Shown in pieces: positions 35,426 to 46,915 of a DNA stretch of 64,000 nucleotides. Within the stretch, counting starts at the first letter, position 1. Every line of letters begins with the position of its first letter. Position numbers and translations under genes: made by a program. The notes under the pieces were generated by a model that worked only from the letters and a program-made list of their open reading frames with translations, searched no databases and had not been told where the DNA came from. The stretch comes from Podospora anserina. Lineage: Eukaryota. The stretch is from assembly GCA_017654855.1 (NCBI GenBank), contig CM030333.1, forward strand, positions 1,426,001-1,490,000. The letters are read 5' to 3'.

Positions 35426-36506
35426 CTAAATCAGTTGTGACGTGGCTGCAACAAGGGAACTCGCTTCCATCGGGACCGCTGCCGCCACCGCCCGCTCGGC
35501 TTCGAGTTGGTGGATCCGTGCCAGAAAGTCGGCTGTCTGCTGGTTCTGCATCTGGACCTGCTTCTGCAGCTCCTCCTTCTCCTGCCGCAGCCTCTTGACC
35601 TCTTCCCGAAGACGTTCCGTCTCATCGTTCTGGTCGTCACGTTTGCGCTTGGCTGGACCTAGAACGAGCGCTGTTGAGACGTGATCGCTGGCAGCATCAT
35701 CTGCATCTCCTTCTGGCGACCCTCCATTCTGCGTATGCACACGCCGGAGGTGCTCGTTGAGATTTTCCTGACGAGAGAAGCCTTTGCCGGTGGCACGCTT
35801 GCAGTTTTGATGTGGACAGTTGAACGAGTTCTTGGGGCCGCCATGCTTCTGGTGGACTTCGCGCTCATGGCGCAATAGACCACCCGAATAAGTGAAGCCT
35901 GGCAGCTTCTCACATCCTGGAGCCAGACATTTATATGGCCGGTCATGCTTGTCCATGTGCTTGCTGCAAGGGGTGTTGGTCAGTGTTTGATCGAGGTGGA
36001 GGAGAAAGTTACTGGTTTTGGCGATACAAAAAAAAAAAAAAAGTCACTTACCTCCACTCGCATTTGCGGCTGAAGGTTCTGGTCTCCTCACCACATGACG
36101 GATATGTGCAGATGAACTTGCCCTCGTGGTTCTTTGTCTCCTCCCGATGTGGTTTTGGGATGGCCTTGCTTCGCTGAGGAGAAGTCGCAACAGGCGAGTC
36201 TTCCTTCACGGCCAGGGTGGGGGCAGGAGCTGGAGGAGCCAGGTCGAGGCTGGGGGTCTCCTCAGTCGAGACCGTCACGTCGACGAAGTTCTTGGCATCA
36301 ACAAAGGGAGCGGCTTGCTCAGCAAAACTGGCCACGTGAGCGAGCTCGTTCACCACAGCATCGTGAGTCTCAGCGAAGCGGTCGACTTCGGCAGCAGCAG
36401 CAGCATCGTGGTGCTCGTGGTGCTCGTGGTGCTCGTGGTGGTGCTCATCCATGGGCGGATAGTCGCTCTCATGCATGAAGTTGCGGGCCTCATATACCAC
36501 GCTCAT
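35426..36506 (-). CDS. C2H2 zinc-finger transcription factor (3 fingers plus coiled coil); intron ~35965-36051
   Basis: CTYPSC...KCEW|SKHMDKH-DRPYKCLAPGC...LLRHEREVH...CPHQNC...LNEHLRRVH; His-rich N-terminus; KRKR NLS-like segment followed by a heptad region. Confidence 0.9.
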
Positions 36507-39500
36507 CTTGAATATGGGCGAGTTCGAAAGGCAAAGGTGGTGAGATAAACGGTGGGAGCAAGAGTCGAACAGGTAAAAAGATAAAAGTCGTTCGATGTCT
36601 AGGTAAGGATGGCCGCTCTCGAGCAGATAAGTAACTGATATGAAGCTACAGCTTCAACGACTTTGTTTGGACCTGAGCAAAAGTGAGAGGTGAGGTGGTG
36701 TGCGGCAGTGATGTGGCGTGCAACAGAGGCGGGGTTATCGGTCCACACGTATTGGGGCTCGACGCGTAATAAGGATATGGCCTCGGTCTTGGTGGTGAAG
36801 AGAGGTGGGATGTTGTCGTCGCGGGGTGTTCCTGATCTAGAAGGAAAGCGATGTGTTAATGATTGAGGCCTGAGATGTCAGGAGAAAATTCGTCGAAGCC
36901 CAGTCGAGCTCAGGCAGAATAATGCTTGGCAAAAGGCACAGCCTGTCCCTTGCACCAGCGGGGCCACTTGGGTCGGTTTCAAAGCGGAGCAGCCGGGACA
37001 ACCAAGTGCCGGCGGAAGGGTACGTACTCTTGTGCAGTAATCAGCACGTGATCTAATCGTAGGCCCAAAGAGGCCGCCTACGCCTCGACGTCGGTTGACC
37101 TCTGGCGGATCAAACAGCTCTGAGATGCTCTCTCTCACGATTTAACAAGGTCCAGATGGAAATGCAAATTCAAGACTGCGCCTTTACAATTTGAACCTTT
37201 GGAAATACCGACCTTCACAGCCATGCGGGAAGAGGAGATGCCACCCTATTAGTATTTTTTGACACCCTCTTGTCGACGCAAGTTCTCAACTTCAAACGGA
37301 TGCCACCCTGGTCACTCAACATGAGGCAGCCATGGCCACCCCATGAGTCACTCGCACATCAACACCTTCACAGGTCCCTGTTCTAATGTACATGGACTAG
37401 GTGACTGGCGGCTGCAGCCTTGCTCTACTTGTCCACGGCTGCAAAAGATGGCTTCCGACTAGGAACCGGTGGCGATCATCCGCTTGCTCTCCAGGCACTG
37501 GGCCCTCGCGCTGCAAGCTCGAGATGGGGCAACTTTGACTGGCCGGCAGTGCTCCTAATCCTCGTCAGCCTCTTCCGGATACCGGTTGTGACTTCGAGCG
37601 ATATGCGGCTGGATCAGAGGCCAGGCAGCCAAGGCAGTCTACAGCAGGGCGACTGATAAGACGAAACAAAGATGTCCTCGTCCTCACATTTTGAGACGCC
37701 GCACAGTTGAGCAATAGCACCACCGTTTTCATTGTTCAAGGACGGCCTCCCGCAATTTCCCAGCTGTGAAGTACTGAACATCAGTTCAGCTTCACCTGGT
37801 CACCATCCTAGGTGTCCTCAACATGGAGTGTCAAGACTATGGATTGCGTCAGGCCTCTCAGGCACCTGTCACACGACTTGTGAGCCCAACTTTCCACGCA
37901 TGGCATGGCATCGGAAGTGTGATTTAGAGTTTGGGCTGTGAAGCTCGCGGAAATCCCGGACAGTCTCAGTCACCGAGGGCCTCGTTTCAGAGCGACGCGA
38001 ATTCCAACTGGTTACCGAAGAATCCTTAGGCCATGTGTTGGTGCTTATGGCATTCTGAGATCCTTCTGGAAAACAGCACAGCCATGATATCCTCGATATG
38101 TGACATTTCCAACCATTTACGATGAGTGCTGTGGGGCTCGGTGGTGCCAACTTGGAGCCTCACCGCGCCCAACGATGGTGTTGGATATGCTTATCACAAC
38201 GTCCAACTCGACGCTCCGGTATGCCCCTTCAGACTCGGTTCAATATTGGGTGCACTGCCGGTCACAGTAATGCCATTTCGAGGAAAATCGGCGTCGACTT
38301 TTGGCGCCGAGTGACTCAGCCCTACCCAACCATCGTCACACACCGGCAGTTTTGGAGAGCTCGAGGGGGTTGGTGATGGAAGGTTTCGGACTGGTTGCCT
38401 TCACACCGCACAGTCCGCATGCTGAGCGAGAGAACGGAAGGTAGGTGAACGAAACAAGTCTTATCCTGCAAGGCGCATGCTTCCCCGGGCCCATCGTGGG
38501 CCTGGTCGCCTCGGGGTCAGTCTTACCTTACCTTACCCACGTCTGCCTGTCAAGGTGGGACTGAGTAAACAGCTCTACAGTCGTCATACCAGTCGTCACA
38601 GTGCCCACCAATGTGTACAGCACACCACTATCACGCTAGGTAACCCTCTCCGTGCTCTGCAGTGTCATCCGTCGTTGCTGTTGTCGTCTGCAGGACGTCG
38701 TCTACAGGAGCTGTTGAGTTCTCTAGGCAAGCGGTCCATCAGTCAGGTTCCCAGCCCCCCTTCATCAAGGCGAAGCTCTCACTGCGGACACTGTGCAGAG
38801 AGGTTGGAAGGTTGAAAACACCCGACCTGTGGAACCATGGAATATTCCCCGGTTGCCCAACATCACACCAAGACGATTCTTACAGGGCCGAAGGTGACAC
38901 GAAATACAGGATAATTTGCCTTACTGCGGGGAGTCACTGTCCTTTAACTATTCTAACCTGATGAAACGCCGAAGTCAGGTATACAGCTCGCCTTGCCTTA
39001 TCATGAGGCTCATGTTCATCTATTCACACCCGTGGCAAGGTAAGCATGGCGCCTTGCAATAAGGCGCGAGGCGTTCAACTCTTTCCAGAAAGATGTCGAC
39101 CTAAAATAGATGTCGAGGAGATGACTAGACCTCTTGCGCAACCGGTGGTGGTTGTTTTGCCCACTATATGTATGTATGTCTAAGGCTCAAGGCTGTACAT
39201 GTCAGGCAGTCCCACCGAGCAGACAACGAATGAAATTTTGTATCTCGGGCCAAGCCTTTTGTCTCATGCATGCACTGCTGTAGCCTCCCCCACGGGGTAA
39301 GAATGACTGTTTAGGATGCTGACAAAAAGTCATCGGCCGGCTTACGGAGACGGGGGAACGGACGGATGTGGTCGTTTCGATACCGGCCCGATCCCGGGGG
39401 GTGGTTGGCCAAGCCTTCGAGAAGGGTTGATACACGTCAGAGTGGGTTGATGAGTAAGGCTAGGTGAGATTGTGCTGGGGAGTCGGTGGTGTAAGGGCTT

Positions 39501-39891
39501 TTTTTTGGGAAGGAGAGGGTCACGATGGCAGGCTTACGGCAGGTTATGTTCGTGGTAGTCTGCGGGTTTGGCTTGGTTGTCATGTCTACCATGGTTGGCA
39601 GTCATGTAGGATCGGATCATATCATGGGGTTGAGGCTTTGGGATTGGCCGTGAGGATATGGTGTTTAGTTAGGTACTTGTGTCTTCCCCGCTTGTGGTAC
39701 TGAAGATGTGGTGAGATGCGGGGAAGGTTAGATAGGAGTGGTGATATTCTCCGATTGTATATCTTGTACAAACATCCAATGGTAGAAGTTTCACAAGACT
39801 TTCTGAACATTGTCTATCCTCTGCGCTGCCTAAATTATGCACCTGGATACTAACCTGGACTTGTTGTGAGAGAACCAAACACCAATCCAAC

Positions 39892-41060
39892 ATGGCGGAC
39901 GTGGTCAAGCTCCCTGAACCCTTTGCTTCCAGTACGTAAAACTCTCACCTCTTCATCACATTTTCTTCCCACTCCCCCACAACGCTCACCCATTCGTCTG
40001 TTCACCCCCATTAACTCGGCTTTTTTTTTCTTTCCTCCTCCAAGTCCCCCGAACCCCCCTCACCCTCGGCCCCTCCCCAATCCACCCCCTCCCCCGCCTC
40101 TCCTCCCATCTCGGGGGCAAAGTAAACATATACGCCAAACGCGAAGACCTCAACTCTGCCCTCGCCTTTGGCGGGAACAAGACCCGCAAACTGGAGTACC
40201 TCCTCCCCGAAGCCCTCTCCCAAGGCTGCGACACCCTCATCTCCATCGGCGGCATCCAATCCAATCACACCCGCCAAGTCACCGCCGCCGCCGCCTCCCT
40301 CGGCTTGAACGTCTCCCTCATCCAAGAAGACTGGGTCCCCGGATGGGAAGATGCGTCGTATGAAAAAGTCGGGAATATACAACTGTCCCGTCTGATGGGC
40401 GCAGATGTCCACGTGATAAAAACAGAGAATTTCGGGATTGGGCACAAGGAGAGCCTGAAAAAATTGAGGAGGAGGCTGGAGGGGGAGGGGAGGAGGGTGT
40501 ACTACATCCCGGCGGGGGCGTCTGACCACCCCCTGGGGGGGTTAGGTTTTGCGAGGTGGGTTTGGGAGCTGGAACAGCAGGAAAGGGAGATGGGGGTGTG
40601 GTTTGGGACGTTGGTGGTTTGTGCTGTGACTGGGAGTACACTGGCGGGGGTGATTGCGGGGGTTAAGCATCAGGAGTTGAAAGGGGGAGGGAGAAAGAGG
40701 AGGGTGGTTGGGATTGATGCGAGTGCTAGGCCTAAGGAGACGTTTGAGCAGGTGTTGCGGATAGCGAGGCAGACGGGGGTGAAACTGGGGCTGGAGGAGG
40801 GGGATATTAACGAGGGGGATGTGACACTGGATGAGAGGTTTCATGGGGGGGTTTATGGTGTTCCGGACGGGAAGACGGTGGAGGCGATCAAGCTTGGGGC
40901 CGGGCTGGAGGGGTTTATCACTGATCCTGTTTATGAGGGGAAGAGTTTGGCGGGTTTGGTTGGGATGGTGAAGGGGGGGGAGATACGAGAGGGGGAGAAT
41001 GTGTTGTTTGCGCATTTGGGGGGTCAGGTTGCGTTGAGTGCTTATGGGGATATGGTTTAG
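39892..41060 (+). CDS. acdS: 1-aminocyclopropane-1-carboxylate (ACC) deaminase; one intron near the 5' end (~39932-44044 boundary region ends at ~40044)
   Basis: LGPSPIHPL.RLS..LGG...YAKREDLNS.LAFGGNKTRKLEY (PLP lysine), GGIQSNHTRQV, IPAGASDHPLGGLGF, TDPVYEGKS and HLGG. The Glu in YEGK and Leu in HLGG are the residues that separate ACC deaminases from D-cysteine desulfhydrases. Confidence 0.92.
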
Positions 41061-41886
41061 GGGGAGTGCCGTAGAATGGAATGAGATGGGACAGAGAAGA
41101 CTTGAGGTTTGAAGCAAGACCGGGGTTTCACATGCTTTGTGATTCTCATGAAATTGAGCGTTTGCGTGAAGCTGGGAGATAGTCAAAGATATATATATGT
41201 GCCCGAAAGCTGAAGCTGTCGTGTCACCACCTCCTCGCTCAAGAATGATATTATGCCCAGACAAAGCCAATCCGCGGCCAGCTGCGGCCCTCACACCATG
41301 GAAAATGATATTCGGCTGTCACTTCCCCGTCCAGAGGCTGAAGAGCAACCCCCCACACTCCCACCTCTCCCACTTGCTGTGTCTTTGGTTGGATTTTCCT
41401 GCGGCTTGACTTACATAACCGAATGGCAACTTCCGCGGGTGTGATGGGAAACTTTTGGCCTGGAACAAGCCTGATGTGGTCCAAAGCCCTGGAACTGTGG
41501 ATTTTCATCTGATGGTCCAGACTCTAGTTCGCTGTGGCTTCGGAGACGACGTGGAGTGATTGGACTCAACAAGTCGAAAAAGGTTGTCAGGGTTATTCTC
41601 GGCCCCGGCTTCTTGGGATGTCGGCCCGCTTTTTTTATCACGCACACCTGCACCCATAAGTTCGGGACCATCTCGACTTTTTTTTTTTCTGATTCCCTTC
41701 TGACTCTTTTGTTTTCGTCTCTTGTCCAATATTTCTCCTTTTGACTCTTGTCGTCCTGATATCGTCACAGGAAACGACAAAGACATTCAATACCACCACC
41801 ACCACTAACACCACCACCGCCACCAACACCACCCCCATCAAACCCCTCCAACCCCCACCATCACCATCTGCTCAACCAAACCACCC

Positions 41887-43018
41887 ATGACATCCCACGA
41901 TCCAGACCCGCCTTCTCCCCCCGCCGACCTCAAGGCTGGTTTGGGCGGCACAGGTCACATCAACATCGCCTCTCCTGCTCAAGAACCCATCCAAGACTAC
42001 CCCATTGAGCGGGTAGAGCAGGTGTACCGGTACGTCTTCCCCTTCTGCCCATCGCTACCTCTCCTCGCTGACCTCCTTCTTCCCCAGCAAACTCGACCTC
42101 CGCATCATCCCCGCCTTCTGGGTCCTCTACTTCCTCAACTCCGCCATCCGCTCCAACATCGGCATAGCCCAAACAATGAACGCCTCCGTCAAGCACGACC
42201 TCGTCTCGGTCCTCGGGCTCACCCCCAAAGACGTCTCCACCGCCCTGGCACTCTTTTATGTCTCCTACGTGCTGTTTGACCTCCCCTCCAATCTCATCAT
42301 GAGCCGTCTCTCCCCTCGGGTCTGGATGGCGCGTATTGTCATTGCTGTCGGTATCATCGGGACGTGCTTCACAGCTGTGAACGACGCCTGGTCTCTCAAG
42401 CTGTTGAGATTTCTGCTGGGCGTGGTGATTGCGGGCATGTGGCCTGGTATGGCGTATTATCTCACCTTGTTCTACCCACCGAGCAGAACAGGCAAGAGGA
42501 TCGGGATGTATTTCACCGCTGCGCAGGTTTCTGCCGCGGTGGTTGGGTTGGTGTCGGCGGGGTTCCAGCAGATGGATGGGTTGGGGGGGTTGGTGGGTTT
42601 TAGGTGGATGTTTTTGATTTATGGGTTGTTGGGGGTGATTTTGGGGGTTGGGTTGCTGTGGTGGTTGCCTGACCGGCCTTTGGCTCCGGGGGAGGTGAGG
42701 GAGAAGAGTTGGTGGGTGAAGTGGTTGCCGCCGAGTCCGGAGGCGCTGACGGGGGAGGATGCGATGGTGCATTATCATGATTTGAGGAGGGTGTATCACG
42801 CCAGGCCGTGGACGCTGAAGGATCTGTGGTTTGTGTTGTTGGACTGGCGGTTGTGGCCGTTGGTGTTGATGTACTTTGGGGTTGTTGGGGTGGGTATTGG
42901 GACGCAGTTGTACGGGAGCGTGATTATTGCTTCGATCAACTCGAACTTTACGGGGGTGCAGGTTAGCTTGTTGTTTGCGCCTATTTGGATTGTAGGTTTC
43001 TTTGTTTTCTTTTTTTTT

Positions 43019-43091
<73 letters not shown>

Positions 43092-43708
43092 TTTTTCTTT
43101 TGGAAGAGACGAGATTGAGAAACGTCGTACTAACACAGGCACAGATGGACTTGATCGCTATTCTCCTCGTCACCCCTATTTCGGATCGGTTCCACAAGTA
43201 CCGCCCCCTTTTCTTCTCGGCGGCCGTTTGTGTTCAGATCGCCGGCCTGCTCACTGTCACCTTTGCTTTGGACAACCAATGGGGCAGATACGGCGGTTTG
43301 TTGCTCATCGGATTTGGCCTCGGTCCCACGGTTCCCATTTGCATGGCCTGGACCAACGAGATCTTCCAGAAGCGTCACCGCGAAGTTGGTGTTGCTACTG
43401 CTTCCGCCTTGGTATCTGGCCTGGGCAACCTTGGAAGCATTGTCACGACATACGCCTTGTACACTGGCTGGCCCGAGGACGCGGCCCCGGGACGGTACCG
43501 CTACCGCAACAGCAACTTTGTCATGATTGGTATTCTCTGCATGAGTATCGCCAGCAGCTTCGTCATGATTGCTCTGCTCAAGGTCTTTGGCAATGAGCCC
43601 AGCAACAAGATTGTTGGTAGTGACGGCAACGACTCTGGAGAGGAGATTTTGGATGGTGCTGCTCGTCGTGAGGTGCACCAGCGCGGTTTCAGCCGCTTGA
43701 TCAAATAA
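41887..43708 (+). CDS. MFS transporter, anion:cation symporter (Dal5/Tna1-like); introns ~42030-42088 and 42992-43144
   Basis: KLDLRIIP.FW.LYFL....RSNIG, LPSNL, LRFLLG, LTLFYP, GFRWMFLIYG, LPDRP and multiple TM helices. Confidence 0.88.
43020..43090. repeat. ~71-nt poly-T tract inside MFS intron 2
   Basis: Uninterrupted T run between the GTAGGT donor (42992) and the TACTAAC branch point/CAG acceptor (43144). Confidence 0.9.
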
Positions 43709-45577
43709 TTTGATCGGCAAAATCTGGGGACGAGATGAGCTCGCGGTTCTGTTGTCATCGCTGAGTTTTATGAAGACGAAGACAACATCTACTTCACCAC
43801 ACTCTTTTACGATAACTTTTCGGAATGCTTTCACATATGACCCCTCTGGTCATCAACAGCTTCTATTCTTCCCAAGAGGGTAGAACAGCTTCCCCACACC
43901 ATCGGAAACGAAAATGCTTTTTACGCTATCGTTTCTCGAAGGTTGGGTAAGCCCAGAAAGGGAGCCCTCGACACGGCAGTCCAAGTCAGAGAAGAAGACA
44001 ATGCTCTGTACGCTATCTCCTTCTCAGACGAAGATTGCCAACGTCGGAGGGATCTGTTTCTGTCTCTTTTTTTTTCTGCTTTTGGTCTTGGTGTTTGGGT
44101 TGGGCTGGGCTGGTTTGGCTTTTATGATACCCCATCTGTGTTGAAGATACGCGCTGCAATATTGACGAAGAAAATTATGAAGTTATTCGGGACTATTACG
44201 AAGAAGAGTTTTCTTCGCCGGCGAAAGTGCTTTTACGCCATCGCTTGGACGGCGTGTCGAATGACCGAGGTGTTGCTAGATGACGACAATGCTTTTTACG
44301 CTATCGTTGGTCGGCCTCGTGGGAGTTTTTCTGGATATTATGAGGATAGGATAGGCGGGGGAGGGCTGGTCGCTCGTTTTTTTTTAAGAGGGGGGGGGAG
44401 GGTGAAGAGAGAGAAAGAAAATTGAGTCTGTTCCCCTGTCTACTTTGAGTGTTGTTGATGGTGCGTTGCTGTGTGATTGTGTGACTGAATTAAATTCCCG
44501 TTCACTGACTGCTTCTTTTGCTGTTGGCGTCGAAGGTTGGGAAGTCGCAGGACGAAAAGCCGGAGAAAAGTAGGGAGTTCAAGGCAGCAAGTCAAGTGCG
44601 AGTAAGCAGGTGATGAAAGGAAAGAAAGTAGAAGGGTGGGTAGGTAGTCGAAGCCCGGGATGTCGAAAAAAAATAGTCCCTTTGTCACCCTCTTTGCTGT
44701 CCTTGATGGATTGGTTCTCCTAAATAGGAGAGAGCCAGTGGACTGAAAAGATCAAAAGCTCACCGGCCAACTCTTAGAGGTGGCCGGCTACGAAACCCTC
44801 GTAGGGTTTACTTCGTCGATTGGGGGGTGGGCTGTTGTTGGTTGATTTGGGGAGGTCGGTCGATATCCTTGAAGGCCATCTCGAAAGACAGGGCCGCGTT
44901 GAGGAGGCGAACTTAGGTGTCCACGGAGCCTTGTTTTCAAGGGGCATTGGTTCGTTGCCTGATCCGGGCCGCCTACGACTTACACCGTTGAGCTAATCTG
45001 ACCATTCCAGTTACTAGATTTGTTGCGTAGGCGGTTGTTGGAAGACGGTTGCGGGGAGGGGTATATACACCGTGGTTGAGGAGGATGTTGACTTGGTGGT
45101 TGTTTACTTGTGCAAGTTGATCCCATTACTACGACCGCAATACTGGCAATCATTCCAGCAGTACAGTGCTCTCAAGTTAAAGCAAGTCCCTCATCTCGCA
45201 TCTTGGTCTCGCAGTTCCGTAGATTCTTGTTGTATTTGTCGAACTTACACATCAACGATTTCATCCTGGATTGTCCCATCACAGGACCTTCTTCGACACT
45301 AAAGGATCAACCTCGAAGGCGACACGTCCATCTTCTTTACATAACCACAGCTAGCCCTTCTCCAGCATTCGGGCATTAACGCGTCAGAACTGAAGCCGTC
45401 ACCATCATCTGCACTTACTCGCCGTCTCTACTCGTCGTCCCACTCACACTCACCACAAGCCACCACCGCGCACACACCTTTCACAAGTCAGAACCGTCAC
45501 TTCAGCAATTCATTTCTCATTTTACCATCCCTCTCCTTCCCTCATCACCACCCTCCCGTTTTTATTCACCCCCAAAT

Positions 45578-46360
45578 CTAAAAATGCTTCAACCTCTCCG
45601 CAAAAAACTCCATCAGCGGCAAAACCTCCTCCCGACTCCTCGGCATCCCATCATCCCTCCTCCCCTTCCACCTCACAACCCTCAGATCCTCAAACTCTTC
45701 CTTCAGCTTTTCCTCGGCATCATCATCAATAACCTCCCCCCCCTCCCCACAGAGCACCAACGTCGGGGTGGTTACCTTCCCCCTTCCACCAACAGTAGGA
45801 ATCATGCTCACGGGCAGCGCCCCTCCCACACTCACAATCCCCTTTAATTCCCTCTTTTCCCCCTCCCCATCCCCCTCACTCACATCCACCACCCTCTTTT
45901 CCTGCCCCCTCCGCAGCTCGCTCCCCAGCCCCAACGCCACCGAACCCCCCTGACCATACCCAAAAAGAATCACATCCCCCCACCCCCACCCCAGTCTCCC
46001 CACAATCACCCCCCCTATCAGTTCCCATAACGCCTCCCTCGCCTTTTGGAATCCAGGGTCCTGATCCAGCTCCCCTGTTCTCTGATCTAAAAGGAGATCA
46101 TCACCCCAGTGCCAACAGCCATTTTCCGGCACCGGTTCCGGTACCAGACCCTGCGGGAGGGGGTTCACACCTCTAACCGTAACCGCGTACGTTCCCGGAA
46201 GATTCAACGACTTGGGGAAATTACAAAAAGACACTGGGTTGTCGCCTAGACCGTGGAGGACGATGAGAAAAGTGGTTGTTGACTCTGGGGGTGAGGGGGG
46301 GTGGAGCTGGATGAGGGGGAATTGGGAAAAGTCTGAGGGGGAGGGGATGCGGGGTGGCAT
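45578..46360 (-). CDS. Phospholipase/carboxylesterase (acyl-protein thioesterase-like) family protein with atypical active site
   Basis: LIVLHGLGD, WGDD, ILFGYGQGGSVAL, GIVSVGG.LP, TPTLVLCG and MPRSREE..PLMEFFA. Confidence 0.75.
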   Translation of the reverse strand: MPPRIPSPSDFSQFPLIQLHPPSPPESTTTFLIVLHGLGDNPVSFCNFPKSLNLPGTYAVTVRGVNPLPQGLVPEPVPENGCWHWGDDLLLDQRTGELDQDPGFQKAREALWELIGGVIVGRLGWGWGDVILFGYGQGGSVALGLGSELRRGQEKRVVDVSEGDGEGEKRELKGIVSVGGALPVSMIPTVGGRGKVTTPTLVLCGEGGEVIDDDAEEKLKEEFEDLRVVRWKGRRDDGMPRSREEVLPLMEFFAERLKHF

Positions 46361-46652
46361 TTTTTTTTTGATTTGATGGATTGAAATGGTCGTGGTGGAT
46401 GGGTTGAATAGGGTAGATGGGGGTTGTATAGGTAAGTAACTTGTGAGAGGCGAGGTAGGTGAGAAGAGGTGAGGTCAGAAGGCGGGCTTGACAAGACCGG
46501 AAAGGTGGGGTTTCGGCCGGGAGCAAAAAGCGACGACGTCTGTCTGGCGGAATAAAAAAAAAAAAAAAAAAAAAAAGGCGGATAAAAAGAGAAATGGGAT
46601 GTGAGAGACAAGAGGTGGTAAAAAGGGCATCAATAGCAAAAATACAAGGCCT

Positions 46653-46726
46653 TGATTTCGTCCAGGCTCGAACTGGAGACCTTCAGTGTGTTAGACTGAC
46701 GTGATAACCAACTACACCACGAAACC
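46653..46726 (-). tRNA. tRNA-Val(AAC), intronless
   Basis: Reverse complement GGTTTCGTGGTGTAGTTGGTTATCACGTCAGTCT-AAC-ACACTGAAGGTCTCCAGTTCGAGCCTGGACGAAATCA folds as a cloverleaf; a T-run follows on the minus strand. Confidence 0.95.
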
Positions 46727-46915
46727 TTTGATTGGTTGTTGCTCGAGCGCAGAATTAGAGATTCTGTGGGGACGAGAAGGTGGTCTCCACCAGGGGAAAC
46801 AGAAAACCATCTCCCGATATACACGACAAGAAAGGCGCATCGCCCTGATATTCTCCTATCAATACTAACCATAACCATGCTTCTTTATTAACCCCCCTCA
46901 AAGCTGTATCTACCA

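Noticed and set aside
36600-39800. Long intergenic regions (also 52100-55400) as possible transposon relics or hidden genes
   Set aside because: No terminal repeats, transposase/RT motifs, RIP-like TpA enrichment or convincing coding ORFs by eye; most likely extended promoters and UTRs.
44741-44815. Possible hammerhead ribozyme (CTGA...hairpin...CGAAA)
   Set aside because: The core reads CTGAAAA rather than CTGANGA, and the stems do not close a three-way junction with a cleavage triplet.
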